From positions 15,810,001 through 15,874,000 of the forward strand of contig CM126224.1 of NCBI GenBank assembly GCA_052327205.1: 64,000 nt of DNA, in the 5' to 3' direction. This stretch comes from Somniosus microcephalus (taxonomy: Eukaryota). Below, in pieces: positions 1-12,254 of this stretch (the first letter of the stretch is position 1; the number at the start of each line of letters is the position of its first letter). Below the pieces are notes generated by a model. The model was not told the DNA's origin. It worked only from the letters and a program-made list of their open reading frames with translations, and did not search any database. The translations under genes and the position numbers were made by a program.

Positions 1-120
1 ACCTCCACAACGGTCATTACAATAATTGTTTGTGGGTGTGCAATTGTCAGCTGCCTCATTAGCATTAAAAAGCAATTTTCTCTCTGCAGGACAAGCCGCT
101 CAGTGATCACTTTTAAAACA

Positions 121-330
121 AGTGGGGCTGGATTGGATGGTGGTCTTTGATCTGCGTTCAAATCCAGTCCAGGCTGATAGGATGAACATTTCCCGTTTGC
201 TGGCTTTAATGGCCCTCAAAAAACAAAGTAAAGCAGTCTCAACCTAGCTCCTTCTCGCCGTGGGCTCACAGCATGAAAATTGTTCCTAGTTCAGCTCTAC
301 TTAGTATTACATTTGTAATTCAATCAGAAA
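121..330 (+). mobile_element. Ancient LF-SINE-like fragment
   Basis: B-box-like gttcaaatccagtccagg followed by cagtctcaacctagctcct, recalling the LF-SINE consensus. Heavily diverged. Confidence 0.4.
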
Positions 331-394
331 CACTGAACAAAAAAAACCCAACTCAGACAATTATGAGAGTTTTGAGGAACAGCCGATTACACCC

Positions 395-930
395 ATCCTT
401 TGATAGCTCCCAACCCCATGAACCCACCGTCTCAGCCTATCCCTCAAATCACCTTGCTCTCCAGAAGTATGTTTAGTTGTTCTTTTTAAACTCACTTATA
501 CTATCTCCTTCTGTGACTTAACTGAGCAACTTATTCCCAAGTTTTTCACCCTTGGGAGAGAAAAGTTCCTTTTTACTCCAAACAGTGTGACATGAATCAG
601 CCATTCATGTAGGAATGACTTATGAAATAATACTGGGCGGCCTGCTGGTGGCGCTGCCCAGGGAGAGTATAAATACTCGGGCACGGGCCCAGCTTGCGCA
701 GGACATTCTTAACAGGAACTAGTGAAGGACACAACTAGACCTCCATGTTGTAAAACAGTTGATTAAAGCTTTGTTTAATGCTTAGACCAAGTGCCTCGTA
801 GTTTGCTTACATCAGTGTAATTTGTAAACTTGCACCCTCTGGGGTTTGAATCTTTCACTGCAGTAAACGATTTACCTGGGCCAACTTTGTCAATCCCTTT
901 CAGAATCTCAAAGTATTCAATTAGATTTTA
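395..930 (-). mobile_element. Old CR1 3' fragment interrupted by an LTR-like insert at 586-811
   Basis: Degenerate CR1 3' motifs (ttcacccttgggagagaaaagttcct; aaacttgcaccctctgg) lie on both sides of the insert. Confidence 0.5.
586..811 (+). mobile_element. Probable solo LTR (Gypsy-like), about 226 bp
   Basis: TGT...ACA termini, internal TATA (gtataaata) followed by ATTAAA, and flanking duplication (ACAG/TCAG; CAGTGT at 583-588 and 813-818). Confidence 0.6.
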
Positions 931-1291
931 AGAGAGAGATTTTACTCTCAGCAGCTAACAAGCTAAAATTTGAACCAATGATATTTCTTTTCAAAGATTT
1001 CTTGTATCAGCAGAAAATAAAAAAGGATGCTTTTCTTCGTGAGGTAAGGTCTGCTCAATGGGTCGCTCATTTCATTGAAGCCAAATAACATCACACGTGG
1101 AATTAAGATTTGTAACTAAACTTGTTAAAATAGAAACAGAGAGTGAACGAGACACCCTCAGGACAAGCAGATGGCAATATCAGACACCTGCAACTCTGCT
1201 GAGTATTGTTTTATAATCTGTGAATAAATATATTAACAACTCATCGTACAAAGTACAGATAATGAGGCACAAATTACACTTGTTACTATTG

Positions 1292-1470
1292 TAGAAAAAA
1301 ATGCCAGAAACATCAAGTCAGTCCGAATCCAAGAGAAAAAGTTTCAAGTGGCAATTCTGATAAAGGGTTACACCTGAAACATTAACCCATCTTTCTCTCA
1401 GATGCTGATCAGCTGCTGTGAAATTCCTGCGTTTTCTTTTATATATTTTGAATTTCCAGCATTAGTAGTT
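1292..1470. mobile_element. Penelope-derived palindromic element with decayed hammerhead core (1357-1386)
   Basis: CTGATAA-AGGGT-TAC-ACCT-GAAAC-ATTAAC followed by the tctcagatgctg...tttccagcatt tail shared with other copies. Confidence 0.6.
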
Positions 1471-1771
1471 CATTTTATCTCCTCACGTGCCAACTCTAGG
1501 TTACCTCAACAGATTAAAACAAGGGGTGCTCAATTAATTGAAGACCTTATATTGGCTGTTTAAAACCTATGGGTTTCCCAGAAGTTAAAAATATTTTCCC
1601 ACTAGTTTTTGCAGGACTGGAGTCTAGGAAACCTCAAAGCCTGGTTCCTGCACCATTGGTCCAGAGATGATAATCCCATAAGGTCCCGAAGCAATTTTTG
1701 CCATTTTCCTAAGATTCTGAAGGAATGGAGGAGAATAAGCCAAAAACCACTGGTGATGTATGTCCCTCAGG

Positions 1772-1930
1772 AGATGATGGCTCAGTGGGGTTATCTGGTG
1801 AGTAACTGAGTCGGACAGCGTCGACATGTCCCAGGTTCGATCAAATATATCCTAGCAATTAGCTCACAGCAGCATCAGCACAACCCTGGCAGCAGACTGC
1901 CTGCCCAGCTAGTGCATTGCTCAGGACACC
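1772..1930 (+). mobile_element. tRNA-derived SINE head
   Basis: A-box TGGCTCAGTGG and B-box GGTTCGATC. Confidence 0.55.
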
Positions 1931-1940
1931 AGAGAACACA

Positions 1941-2665
1941 AAAACATAGAAAAAAATAGGAGTAGGCCATTCGGTCCTTCGAGTCTGCTCCGCCATTCAA
2001 TATCATGGCTGATCCTCTATCTCAATACCATATTCCTGCTCTCTCCCTATACCCCTTGGTGCCTTTTCTGTCTAGAAATCTATCGATCTCCTTCTTAAAT
2101 ATATTCAGTGACTGAGCCTCCGCAGCTTTTATGTGGTATAGAATTCCAAAGATTCACCACCCTTTGAGTGAAGACATTTCTCCTCATCTCAGTCCTAAAT
2201 GTCCTACCCCGTATCCTGAGACTGTGACTCCTCTTTCTAGAGCCCCCATCCAGGAGAAACATCCTCCCTGCATCCAGTCTGTCTAGCCCCGTCAGAAGTT
2301 TATACATTTCAATGAGATCCCTTCTCATTCTTCTAAACTCCAGTGAATACAGGCCTAGTTGACCCAATCTCTCCTCATACCACAGTCCTGCCATCCCAGG
2401 AATCAGTCTGGTGAACCTTCGCTGCACTCCCTCCATGACAAGTATATCTTTTCTTAGGTAAGGAGACCAAAACTGCACACAGTATTCCAGGTGTGGTCCC
2501 ACCAAGGCCCTGTATAACTGTAGTAAGACATCCTTGCTCCTGTACTCAAATTCTCTTGCAATGAAGGCCAACATACCATTTGCCTTCCTAACTGCTTGCT
2601 GCACCTGCATGTTTGCTTTCAGTGACTGGTATACAAGGACACCCAGGTCCCTATGTACATCAACA
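1941..2665 (-). mobile_element. CR1 LINE, 5'-truncated (ORF2 C-terminus and 3' UTR)
   Basis: ORF 2095-2703 has RDLGVLV...[12 protein letters not shown]...FTQRVVNLWNS. CR1 3' hairpin and (ttctatgt)n-type tail. Confidence 0.93.
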
Positions 2666-2714
2666 TTAGAAGAGTACTTGAAGGAAAAAAACTGTGTACT
2701 CAAAAGATGAAATA

Positions 2715-3149
2715 CAGGAAACTGTGCTATCCGGAGGTTGAATGTCCAGCAGCTTCGATCTAACGGCAGAAATCAGCAGCCGTTTTGGTTAGGTTTTTTT
2801 TCTTCTAGCATTCTTTTCACAGGCAGGCTCTGGAAAGCGTCTTTGTAGCTTAGCAACAGCTTCAGAGACGCTTCCAAGCTACTGGGCCGAGTGTTTACAA
2901 GCTGTTGCTGAGCAACAGTGTTTGTGGTCAGATAAGGCAGGCTCTGGAAGGTGTCTCTGTATCTTAGCAACAGCTTCAGTGACGCTTCCGGGCCGAGTGT
3001 TGACAAGCTGTTGCTAAGCAACAGTCATTGTTGTCAGATACGGATATGAAAAGCTCCTATCTGATAACATTGACACTGCTCTATCCGGAAGTTTTGAGGC
3101 AACGGCAGCAGCTCGGTCCCATGGGTGCCGGATAGCACAAAGTTTCCTG
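2715..3149. mobile_element. Non-autonomous Tc1/mariner (Tigger/pogo-like) MITE, copy A
   Basis: TIRs CAGGAAACT(TT)GTGCTATCCGG, TA on both flanks, and an internal tandem duplication of about 113 bp (2821-3040). Confidence 0.85.
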
Positions 3150-3177
3150 TACTAGGTAACCAGACTGTGTTAAAAAG

Positions 3178-3310
3178 AAAAACTGCAAATGCTGCTTTTC
3201 TAAACAAAAACCAGAAGATGAAGGATCTCCAACCATAACATTAACCTGCTTTTTCTCTTTCAGATCCTGTTGGACCTGCTGTGTTTTTCCAGCATTTTCT
3301 GTATTTAAAA
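3178..3310. mobile_element. Penelope-derived element fragment
   Basis: aactgcaaatgctg...gatgaaggatctccaaccataacattaac...cagatcctgttggacctgctgtgtttttccagcattttctg. Same family as 1292 and 56078. Confidence 0.55.
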
Positions 3311-4424
3311 TCAGGGAATAGAACAGCATGAACCCAAAACCATTTACCTAATAAAGATTTGCACAACAGGCAGACTGAAGACGATTCACACTCCAGCAAA
3401 TAACTGCAACTCAGCCTAATGCTCGACATTTCAGCTTTGCTCAATAAGAGAGACAATTATATTAACTAAATTACTTCATTAAAATTAACATATGGAGGCG
3501 TGCGGAGCTCGCACCCCATCAGAGAAAATCATGTCAGGGCAATTTCTATGTCCTACTTACACATTAACAGAGAATCAGGGTACAATTAACCTGCACAATT
3601 AACTCATTGCACTCTGAGCAAGGTTTCTTTACCCCACTCCCAAACTTGACAATTCACCACAATCAGCGCGGACATCACTCGTCCATCGGGGCACTTCTTG
3701 TGGAATGAAGCAATGAGAGATTAAAAGCTGCTGCTAAAATGTTCGCTTTGGCATTTTTTATGCTTTAAAATCTAAACAGTTTAGAATTTTTGTCAACAAG
3801 CTGCCTTGTTTTGGAGAGAAAGCTCTACCTGATTCACAGAAACACATGATTCATCAGGTTCTGGCACCATTCTTTATGCACTGTTAACTGGCTACAGTAC
3901 ACATGAGTACATTGCATTTGGAAGTAATACACTAGAATGTCCACTGCCCTCAAGGACCTGGTCAAATTGTTGAATTCCCTCAAACATTTTGCACTGAAAC
4001 CTCATTCAGCAAACTGTATCTTCTGACCTGGATCCATTTACTGAGAGAAGATGTTTTCTTTCCGGGAAAACAATATTTTTTGCTTTTCCATTTAATCACA
4101 ATGGGGAGTCAGAGTTGCAATGAAACTCAAGATCACAGGACTTAAATATATTTAAAAAGTTGGGGGGGGGGGGGGAATCTGACCCAGGCAACATAAGTAA
4201 CAGATAAATTAAATGAAAACTGTTCTGGGGCGTAGACAGGAGGATTACCTCGACAGCAATAGGGTAATGGCTTCCTAATTTGCAGTGGGTAATTACAACG
4301 AACTAACGACGTTCACCATCATTATCCCTCTGCGAGATCGCTGTGGGCAGCTTTCTTCGAGGCCAGCGGCGAGCGCATTTGCTTCGCCGCTGACCGCAAA
4401 TTACGGGCTAAAAACAGCTAGCAT

Positions 4425-5059
4425 CGAGTTTTGGATCACCTCAAGTTTACATAGGGTAGAATGTGGGAGGCCAGCCAGGAGTGCGTTGGAATAGTCAAGC
4501 CAAGAGGTAACAAAGGCATGGATGAGGGTTTCAGCAGCAGATGAGCTGAGGCAAGGGCGGAGACAGGCGATGTTAGAGGTGGAAATAGGTGGTCTTTGTT
4601 ATGCCACGGATGTGTGATCGGAAGCTCATTTCAGGGTCAAATATGACACCAAGGTTGCGAACAGTGTGGTTCAGCCTCAGACAGATGTTAGGGAGAGGGA
4701 TGGTGTCAGTGGCTAGGGAACAGAGTTTGTGGCAGGGACCAAAACCAATGGCTTCGGTCTTCCCATTACTTAATTGCAGAAAATTTCTGCTCATCCAGAA
4801 CTGGATGTTGGACAAGCAGTCTGACAATTTAGAGACCGTGGAGGGGTCGAGAGAAGTGGTAATGAGGCAGAGCTGGGTGTCGTTAGCGTACCTGTGGAAA
4901 GTGACGAGGTGTTTTCGGATGTCGCCGCCAAGGGGCAACATGTAGATGAGAAATAGGAGGGGGCCAAGGATAGATCCTTGGGGGACACCAGAGGCAACGA
5001 CGCAGGAGCGGGAAGAGAAGCCGTTGCAGGTGATTCTCTGGCTACAATTAGATAGATAA
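4425..5059 (-). mobile_element. L2 LINE, 3' part of ORF2 (left piece of a split element)
   Basis: YLSNCSQRITCNGFSS...GVPQGSILGPLLFLIYMLPLG...YANDTQL...VRNLGVIFD, typical L2 RT motifs. Confidence 0.9.
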
Positions 5060-7562
5060 CATAGAAACATAGAATATAGGAGCAGGAGTAGGCCATTCGG
5101 CCCTTCGAGCCTGCTCCGCCATTCAATGAGATCATGGCTGATCATCCAAATTCAGTACCCTGTCCCTGCCTTCTCCCCATATCCTTTGATCCCTTTAGCC
5201 TTAAGAAATATATCCAACTCTTTCTTGAATATATTTAATGAACAGGCCTCCACCGCCCTCTGTGGCAGAGAATTCCACAGGTTCACCACTCTCTGGGTGA
5301 AGAAATTCCTCCTCATTTCAGTCCTAAATGGCTCACCCCTTACCCTTAGACTATGACCCCTGGTTCTGGACTCCCCAGCCATCAGAAACATCCTTCCTGC
5401 ATCTAGTCTGTCCAGGCCTGACAGAATTTTGTAGGTTTCGATGAGATCCCCTCTCAATCTTCTAAACTCCACTGAGTATAAGCCCAATCAACACAATCTC
5501 TCCTCATACGTCATTCCTGCCATCCCAGGTTATCAGCCTGGTGAATCTTCGCTGCACTCCCTCCATGGCAAGAACGTCCTTCCTCAGGTAAGGCGACCAA
5601 AACTGCACACAATACTCAAGGTGCGGTCTCGCCAAGGCCCTGTACAACTGTAGCAAGACATCCTTGTTCCTGTACTCGAACCCTTTTGTTATGAAGGCCA
5701 ACATACCATTTGCCTTCTTAACTGCCTGCTGCACCTGCATGCTTACCTTCAGCGACTGGTGCACAAGAACACCCAGGTCTCTTTGCACTTCCCCTTCTCC
5801 CAATCTATTGCCATTCAAATAATAATCTGCCTTCCTGTTTTTGCCACCAAAGTGGATAACCTCACATTTATCCACATTATAGTGCATTTGCCATGCATCT
5901 GCCCAATCACCCAACCTGTCCAAATCGTATTGGAGTTTCACGACATCCTCCTCACAGCTTACCCTCCCACCCAGCTTTGTGTCGTCTGCAAATTTGGAGA
6001 TATTACATCCAATTCCCTCGTCCAGATCATTAATATATATTGTGAACAGCTGGGGTCCTAGGACAGATCCTTGCGGTACCCCACTAGTCACTGCCTGCCA
6101 CTCGGAAAACGACCCGTTTATTACAACTCTTTGCTTTCTGTCCGCCAACCAGTTCTCTATCCAAGTCAATACCTTGCCCCCAATCCCATGTGCCTTAATT
6201 TTGCACGCTAATCTCTTATGCGGGACCTTATCGAAAGCCTTCTGAAAGTCCAAATACACCACATCCACTGGTTCTCCCTTATCTATTTTACCAGTTACAT
6301 CCTCAAAAAATTCCAGCAGATTAGTCAACCATGATTTACCTTTTGTAAATCCATGTTGACTTTGTCCGACCCTGTCACTGCTTTCCAAGTGCTCTGCTAT
6401 TACATCTTTTATAATAGACTCTAGCATTTTCCCCACTACCGATGTCAGGCTTACCGGTCTATAATTCCCCGCCTTTTCTCTACCACCTTTTTTGAATAGT
6501 GGGGTAACATTAGCTATCCTCCAATCCATGGGTACTGTTCCAGAGTCTATCGAGTTCTGGAAGATGACCAGCAATGCATCTACTATTTCTAGGGCCACTT
6601 CCTTAAGTACCCTGGGATGTAGATTATCAGGCCCTGGGGATTTATCGGCCTTCAGTCCCATCAATTTTCCAAACACCATTTCCCTACAAATACTGATTTC
6701 TTTCAGTTCCACCCTTTCATCAGACCCTATGTTCCCCGGCATCTCTGGGAGGTTATTTGTGTCCTCCTTTGTGAAGACAGAACCAAAGTATGTATTTAGT
6801 TGGTCTGCCATTTCTTTGTTTCCCATTATAAATTCCCCTGATTCTGACTGCAAGGGACCTACGTTTGACTTCACCAATCTTTTTCTCTTCACATATCTAT
6901 AAAAGCTTTGTGTCAGTTTTTATGTTCCCAACTAGCTTACTCTCATATTCTATTTTCCCTTTCTTAATTAATCCCTTTGTCCTCCTTTGTTAAATCCTAA
7001 ACTGCTCCCAATCCTCAGGATTATTGCTTTTTCTGGCCAATTTATATGTCCTCTCCTTGGATCTTATGCTATCCCTAATTTCCCTTGTTAGCCACGGTTG
7101 AGTCACCTTTTTTGTTTTACTTTTATGCCAAACTGGGATGAACAAATTCTGTAGCTCATCCATTCGGTCTTGGAATGTTTGCCATTGCCTATCCACCATC
7201 AACCCTTTGAGTGCCATTTCCCAATCAATCCTACCCAACTCGCTCCTCAGACCATCGTAGTCTCCTTTATTTAAATTGAGGACCCTAGTCTCTGAGTCAA
7301 CTACTTCATTCTCCATCTTAATGAAGAATTCGATCATATGATTGCTCCGACCCAAGGGGCCTCGTACAACAAGATTGCTAATTAATCCTTTCTCATTACA
7401 TAATACCCAGTCTAAGATGGCCTGATCTCTGGTTGGTTCCTCGACATATTGGTCCAGGAAACCATCCTGTAAACACTCCAGGAATTCCTCCTCCACAGTA
7501 TTGTTACTAATTTGGTTGGCCCAATCTATATGTAGAGTAAAGTCACCCATGATGACTGCTGT
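5060..7562 (-). mobile_element. Young CR1 LINE, 2.5 kb, 5'-truncated within the endonuclease and nested in L2
   Basis: EN remnant (VIMGDF...), uninterrupted 462-aa RT ORF 5504-6892 ([38 protein letters not shown]), and intact 3' UTR/tail. Confidence 0.96.
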
Positions 7563-10230
7563 GGAACCAGGCGAGTGCAGTCCCACCCAGCTGGACGACA
7601 GTGGAGAGGTGAAGGAGGATGGAGCGGTCAACCGTGTCAAAGGCTGCAGACATGTCAAGGACGAGGGTCGAAGGAGCAGGAAGTGGGTCTCCTGGACAAG
7701 ATGAGCGTGGAGAGGTCATGAGGGGAGATCGGAGAGGAACTAGAGAAAGATGAGTGTTCAGGGCTAAGGCAGGGGGGAACCTTAGAGCAAGTTTGGCCCA
7801 GTGAGCTAGGGGAAGGAAGGGAAGTGGCAGAGGCAGTTGAACGGGTGGTCTCAATCTTAAAGACAAAGGCGGCCATGAGCTCTTCACACTTGCCGTCAGG
7901 GGTAAGGGTGGAGGAGACAGGGGAGAGGGGTTTAAGAAGACGGTTGGCAGTGGAGAATAGAAGCCGGGATTATTTGTGCATTCTAGAATGATTCTGGAAT
8001 AGTGAGCAATTTTGGCAGATGAGAGCAGAACCCGATAATGCTTTATGTGGTCCAGCCAGATCTGCCGGTGAATGGCTAAACCAGTTGTCCGCCATATCCG
8101 TTCAAGTCTGCGTCCCTTGGACTTAAGGGAGCGAAGATGAGGACCGTACCAGGGGGAACGGCCAGGGTGAGACAGTGCAGTTGTAAAAGAGTTGGGAGAG
8201 TATTTTCCAGGGGCGGACACAGAAGGAAGTGGGGGGTGATGGGTGGAAGGGGGATGTGGGTGGAGAGCGATACAAGGAAGTGGTCAGAGATGGCCTTATC
8301 TGAGATTGAAACGATGGGAGTAGCGAGGCCATGAGAGCTGGCAAGGTGAAGGGGTGGCCGTGAATATGGGTTGGGGAGTTTACATGGGGGGGGGGGGGGT
8401 GGAGATTAAGGGAGGACAGGAGGCTGGTGAACTCGGAGGAGAGAGAGCGCATGATGAATTGAGGTGGAGGTTGAAATCACCGAGGATGAGGAGTCATTCG
8501 GTGCAGAGGCTGAGGGAGGAGAGCAGTGGAGGTATCTTGGTAATAACATTTTTATGGTACTTGGGTGGGTGGTAGAGAAGAATTTTAAATGAGGGGTGAA
8601 ATAAGGTGAACTGCTCAAAAGGAGGAGAAAGTAGCAGAGGAGTACAGGGACAGACCAAGGTGTGATTTCCTGATGAGAGCCACACCGCCACCACGGCGGT
8701 CTGAGCGGGGCAAGTGGTGGAAGGTATAGCCAGGCGGGGAGGCTTCATTTAAGGCTAAGGTGTAATCACCCCTCAACCAAGTTTCCGTCAGGGTCATGAT
8801 GTACATGCAATCATCCACGATAAGCTCACAGATGGCAAAGACCTTGTTCACCAGTGAATGAGCATTCTGGAGGGAGATGAGGAGAGGGTCAGTGATGGCT
8901 GACCCACTGCCAATGTCCACAGGGTCAGCGCTGGGGGTGGGGGGGTAGTGGATGGGGAGGAGATTGGCAAGATTTTCCCCAGTGGTTGCGCTGGGTGGGT
9001 AGTGGATGGGGAGGAGATTGGCAAGATTTTCCCCAGTGGTTGCACTGGGTGGGAAGGTCGGCGAGAGAGGATGGGACAGTTGGGGTTGCTGCTTGTAAGG
9101 CGGCAGTGATGAGTGACTCAATGGGCCCTTCGGAGGATGCCAAGAGAGGCACAGAGGGAAGCTGTGGGCTTATCTAAGATGGAGTCAAGCCTGGGACGGC
9201 AGCAGGAGAGTAGAAAAGTCAAAAAGTAATGAAGGATTGGGGTAGGGATTTGGGAGGACAGAGTATCTGAGCGAGGAGAGATGAAAGGAGGCATGATGAC
9301 AGGAGAGCGCGGTCAGGGAGAGAGAGAGAGAAAAAGGAAAAGAGGGGGGGGAAAAGTGGAAAAGTATTGAATGGCTCAGGTCCGGAGCGGCAGCCAAAGT
9401 GTGCACGCGAATGGACACGGGAAAAGCTCAGGTTACATAGGCCTGTTTAAGTGGAGTAATTAACAGAATACATATTTCCTGGTAGCAGGGAATAGGTTGG
9501 CGACAATAGTAAGGAGACCAGGGTCAAAGTCAGAGGTCCCATGGAAGGACAAAGCCGATGTAAGCAGGAGGGGGCCGGCACGCAGCATCGATGAACCGCT
9601 GTCCAAAGCAGGTGAGTGAAGTCCAGAAGCTATTTGAAGGGTAGAGAATTCGAGGATGGAGGTTGTTGCTGTAGGAATGAGAGCCGGTAGCGGTGCAGAA
9701 AGATGATGGCTAAATTGATGCCAGTTGGAGGTCACCGTAGATCAAAGTGACAGAGAAAAAGTAAAACCACAGGCCAGTGACCAGCAAAGCTGAAAAACGA
9801 GTCACTGGACAGCAAGCGGAGCAGCAACTGCTACCTACAAGCCAGCAGAGCTGAAAAACCAGTAGAATCAGTTCAGCAGAGACACAGTCACAGTTTAAAA
9901 GGTAAAAATCTTTTAGCAGCAGAGATAGAGACACAGCAGGTAAGTCTTACAGTGTAATCCAGTGCAGAAACGTAGTGTAATCAAAAGTAGTTCAAAGCAG
10001 AAATGTAGTCTAGATGTCCAGAGAAGTCCAGGAGATCAGAAACCAATTTGACAAAGGAATTCCGCAGCATAAGGCTTGAAGTGACTGAAAAGTAGAGCAG
10101 CGTCACAGCCGCTGAGTCAAACCGTGGAGTCAACGAAGTCCTGTCCGCGAGGAATCCAGTGATGGAGGTCAAGTTTCAGCAGAGCTCCGGCAGTTGAAAG
10201 AGCTCAGCAAGAACAAAGACACGCCGGGGG
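7563..10230 (-). mobile_element. L2 LINE, 5' part (endonuclease, linker, RT start, probable 5' region)
   Basis: LDMSAAFDTVD...GTALAWFHS joins the left piece. EN motifs LTETWL and RRGGGVAL are present. The boundary beyond about 9300 is uncertain. Confidence 0.8.
8943..9053. repeat. 54-bp tandem duplication inside L2
   Basis: tagtggatggggaggagattggcaagattttccccagtggttgc starts at both 8946 and 9000. Confidence 0.9.
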
Positions 10231-10469
10231 GTGGGCAGTGGAATCTGCAGGGGGAGCTTTAAACTTGTGGTTTGAACTTGCAATTTAAGCTGAAATGCCG
10301 TCACTGTCAGAAGCAGGGTATCTTAAGCAAAAGAAAGGAGATTGGGGGAAGAAAGGGCAAAAGATGGCAATGGATGACCACGGCACAGTTGAAGAGAACA
10401 GCTAAGAAAGGAGCTGCTAGCCAAGAAGCCATCTTGAAAGGTATTATACAAGTCAACAGGGGTTATGCC

Positions 10470-10745
10470 GAGGCTTCACAATGCACTGGTCAGACCACAC
10501 TTGGCATACTACATTCAACTGTGGTCAACACACTTCAGCAAGTGGTACACATGCATTGAAGAGGGTGCAAGCAAAAGCAATACAAAAGTTCAAGTGTAAA
10601 GGGATGAGCTATGAGGAAGAGTTACAGAATAGCAGGCTTAAAAGTCTTGTAAAAAAAAAAAATTAAAGGTGTGTCTAAAGTATTAAATGGTTTAAGTAAT
10701 ATGAGCCACAGCAAGTGAGGTCATTAGTTCCAGAGGGCATCTATT
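10470..10745 (+). mobile_element. Old CR1 fragment
   Basis: Degenerate LVRPHL, KGMSYEE and RGH motifs. Confidence 0.6.
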
Positions 10746-12125
10746 ATATATTTAAAAATTAGTTATGTGGGGTGCAAGTTTCATCCAAAACTCATGACAA
10801 CTACACTACTATGGGAAAACTCACCATTACTCGTCACATCTGTAAATGGCGTTGTGACAAGAATTTTCAATGTTAAGGGGTGTCACACACAACAGATACT
10901 ATTGTACAGGTATATGCCTGCATTCTCTTATATAGTTTTGCTTTTAAAATATTCATTTGAACATTTTTTTACAGTTTGGATCATCTCTCCTTTTAAGTTT
11001 AAAAAAAACTGACTTTACGAAATTTAACTTAATTTTTCACTCAACAGTCCTGCCCCCTCTCCCTGTGACCTCCTTCCTCTTCAGCTGCAGATTTTGAAAA
11101 TATATTTTTGAAATTTTAAACTTTTGACCCTCGGGCTGTCCTGCTTTGCCCAAGGTTGTTCTTTCCTGCTGGCAGACCACCCACCCTTCGGTATTCCTCA
11201 TAGGCAAAGAGGAATTTGGCATTCGTTTGTAAAATTACACTCCATTCTGTACGACACAGGATCCCCAGGGGCGAACTATGTGCTACACATGGGTATTATT
11301 AATGATGCCTGCACCACACCCAACCAACAGAGACAATAAGCACCAGTTTCAAGATGTAATCCGAGAGGTGGAAATCAGCACCGAATAATAATTCAATGGT
11401 TCACTGCACAGCATAACAGAGCCACCAGTCACACAACACAATATGCGCCGGACAGATTTCTGGAAGTTCTCGAATATGCCGTTCCAAGAATAACCCAACC
11501 CAGTGAGTCCAACATTCTGGGAGAAGAGACTTAGAGTGAAAACCGGTTATCCCCAAATAATGCTCTGCACACTGCTATTCCCCTCTAACCCCACATCTCC
11601 AGTTCTGAATAGAATTCACTTCAAGTCATTGCTTGCACTTGATGTGGAAGAACATGGCTTGCAACACTTCCCCTCCCAACATGCCAATGATCCATTTTTT
11701 TTTTAAAAAGAAACAAAGCAAACTGCATGGGAGCAATCTGGGACACAGCACTTCACATTTGTTGTAATTATCTTAGTCAACTTCAGCTTCAGATCAATTC
11801 TTGCAGAAGCTGGTGCTTCAGCTAAGAATTTTCAGTATCTTTAGCATCGGATTTTACTGGTCCATTGGTCTAGCCAAGTCCTTCTTACATTGATCAGACT
11901 TTAGTCCGTAATCGATGGACCCTTCAATCCAATGAAAGTAAAAAGAATTTGGCCTCATCCATTCTCTCTCTCTCTCCCCCCTCACTCCAGAGGCAATAGT
12001 CTAGAATAACATGGACATCGAAGTTAGAAAGTGACCCTCTGTCGCAGTCACTGAGCACCAAGTTCCATCAACTGAAACAGTCTCGATGATAGTTAAAGAT
12101 AAAAGGTTCAAATTGAAAGTGCTTA

Positions 12126-12254
<129 letters not shown>

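Noticed and set aside
5504-6892. 462-aa reverse transcriptase ORF as a domesticated gene or retron-like system
   Set aside because: Ordinary 5'-truncated CR1 ORF2 with flanking frameshifts and near-identical copies elsewhere in the window.
10825-10839. 15-nt microexon-like tttacag-ATGTGACGAGTAATG-gtgagt on the minus strand
   Set aside because: The pyrimidine tract is weak, and in the phase-2 context of intron 17 it reads into a stop with no homology. Likely chance.
11822-11869. Minus-strand TNGPVKSDAKDTENS-stop, resembling the human GPR107 C-terminus (VTNGSVE...)
   Set aside because: It is preceded by an in-frame TAG, has no pyrimidine-rich acceptor in the required phase and lacks the VTTSG/KKVKK part. 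The true last exon is probably left of the window.
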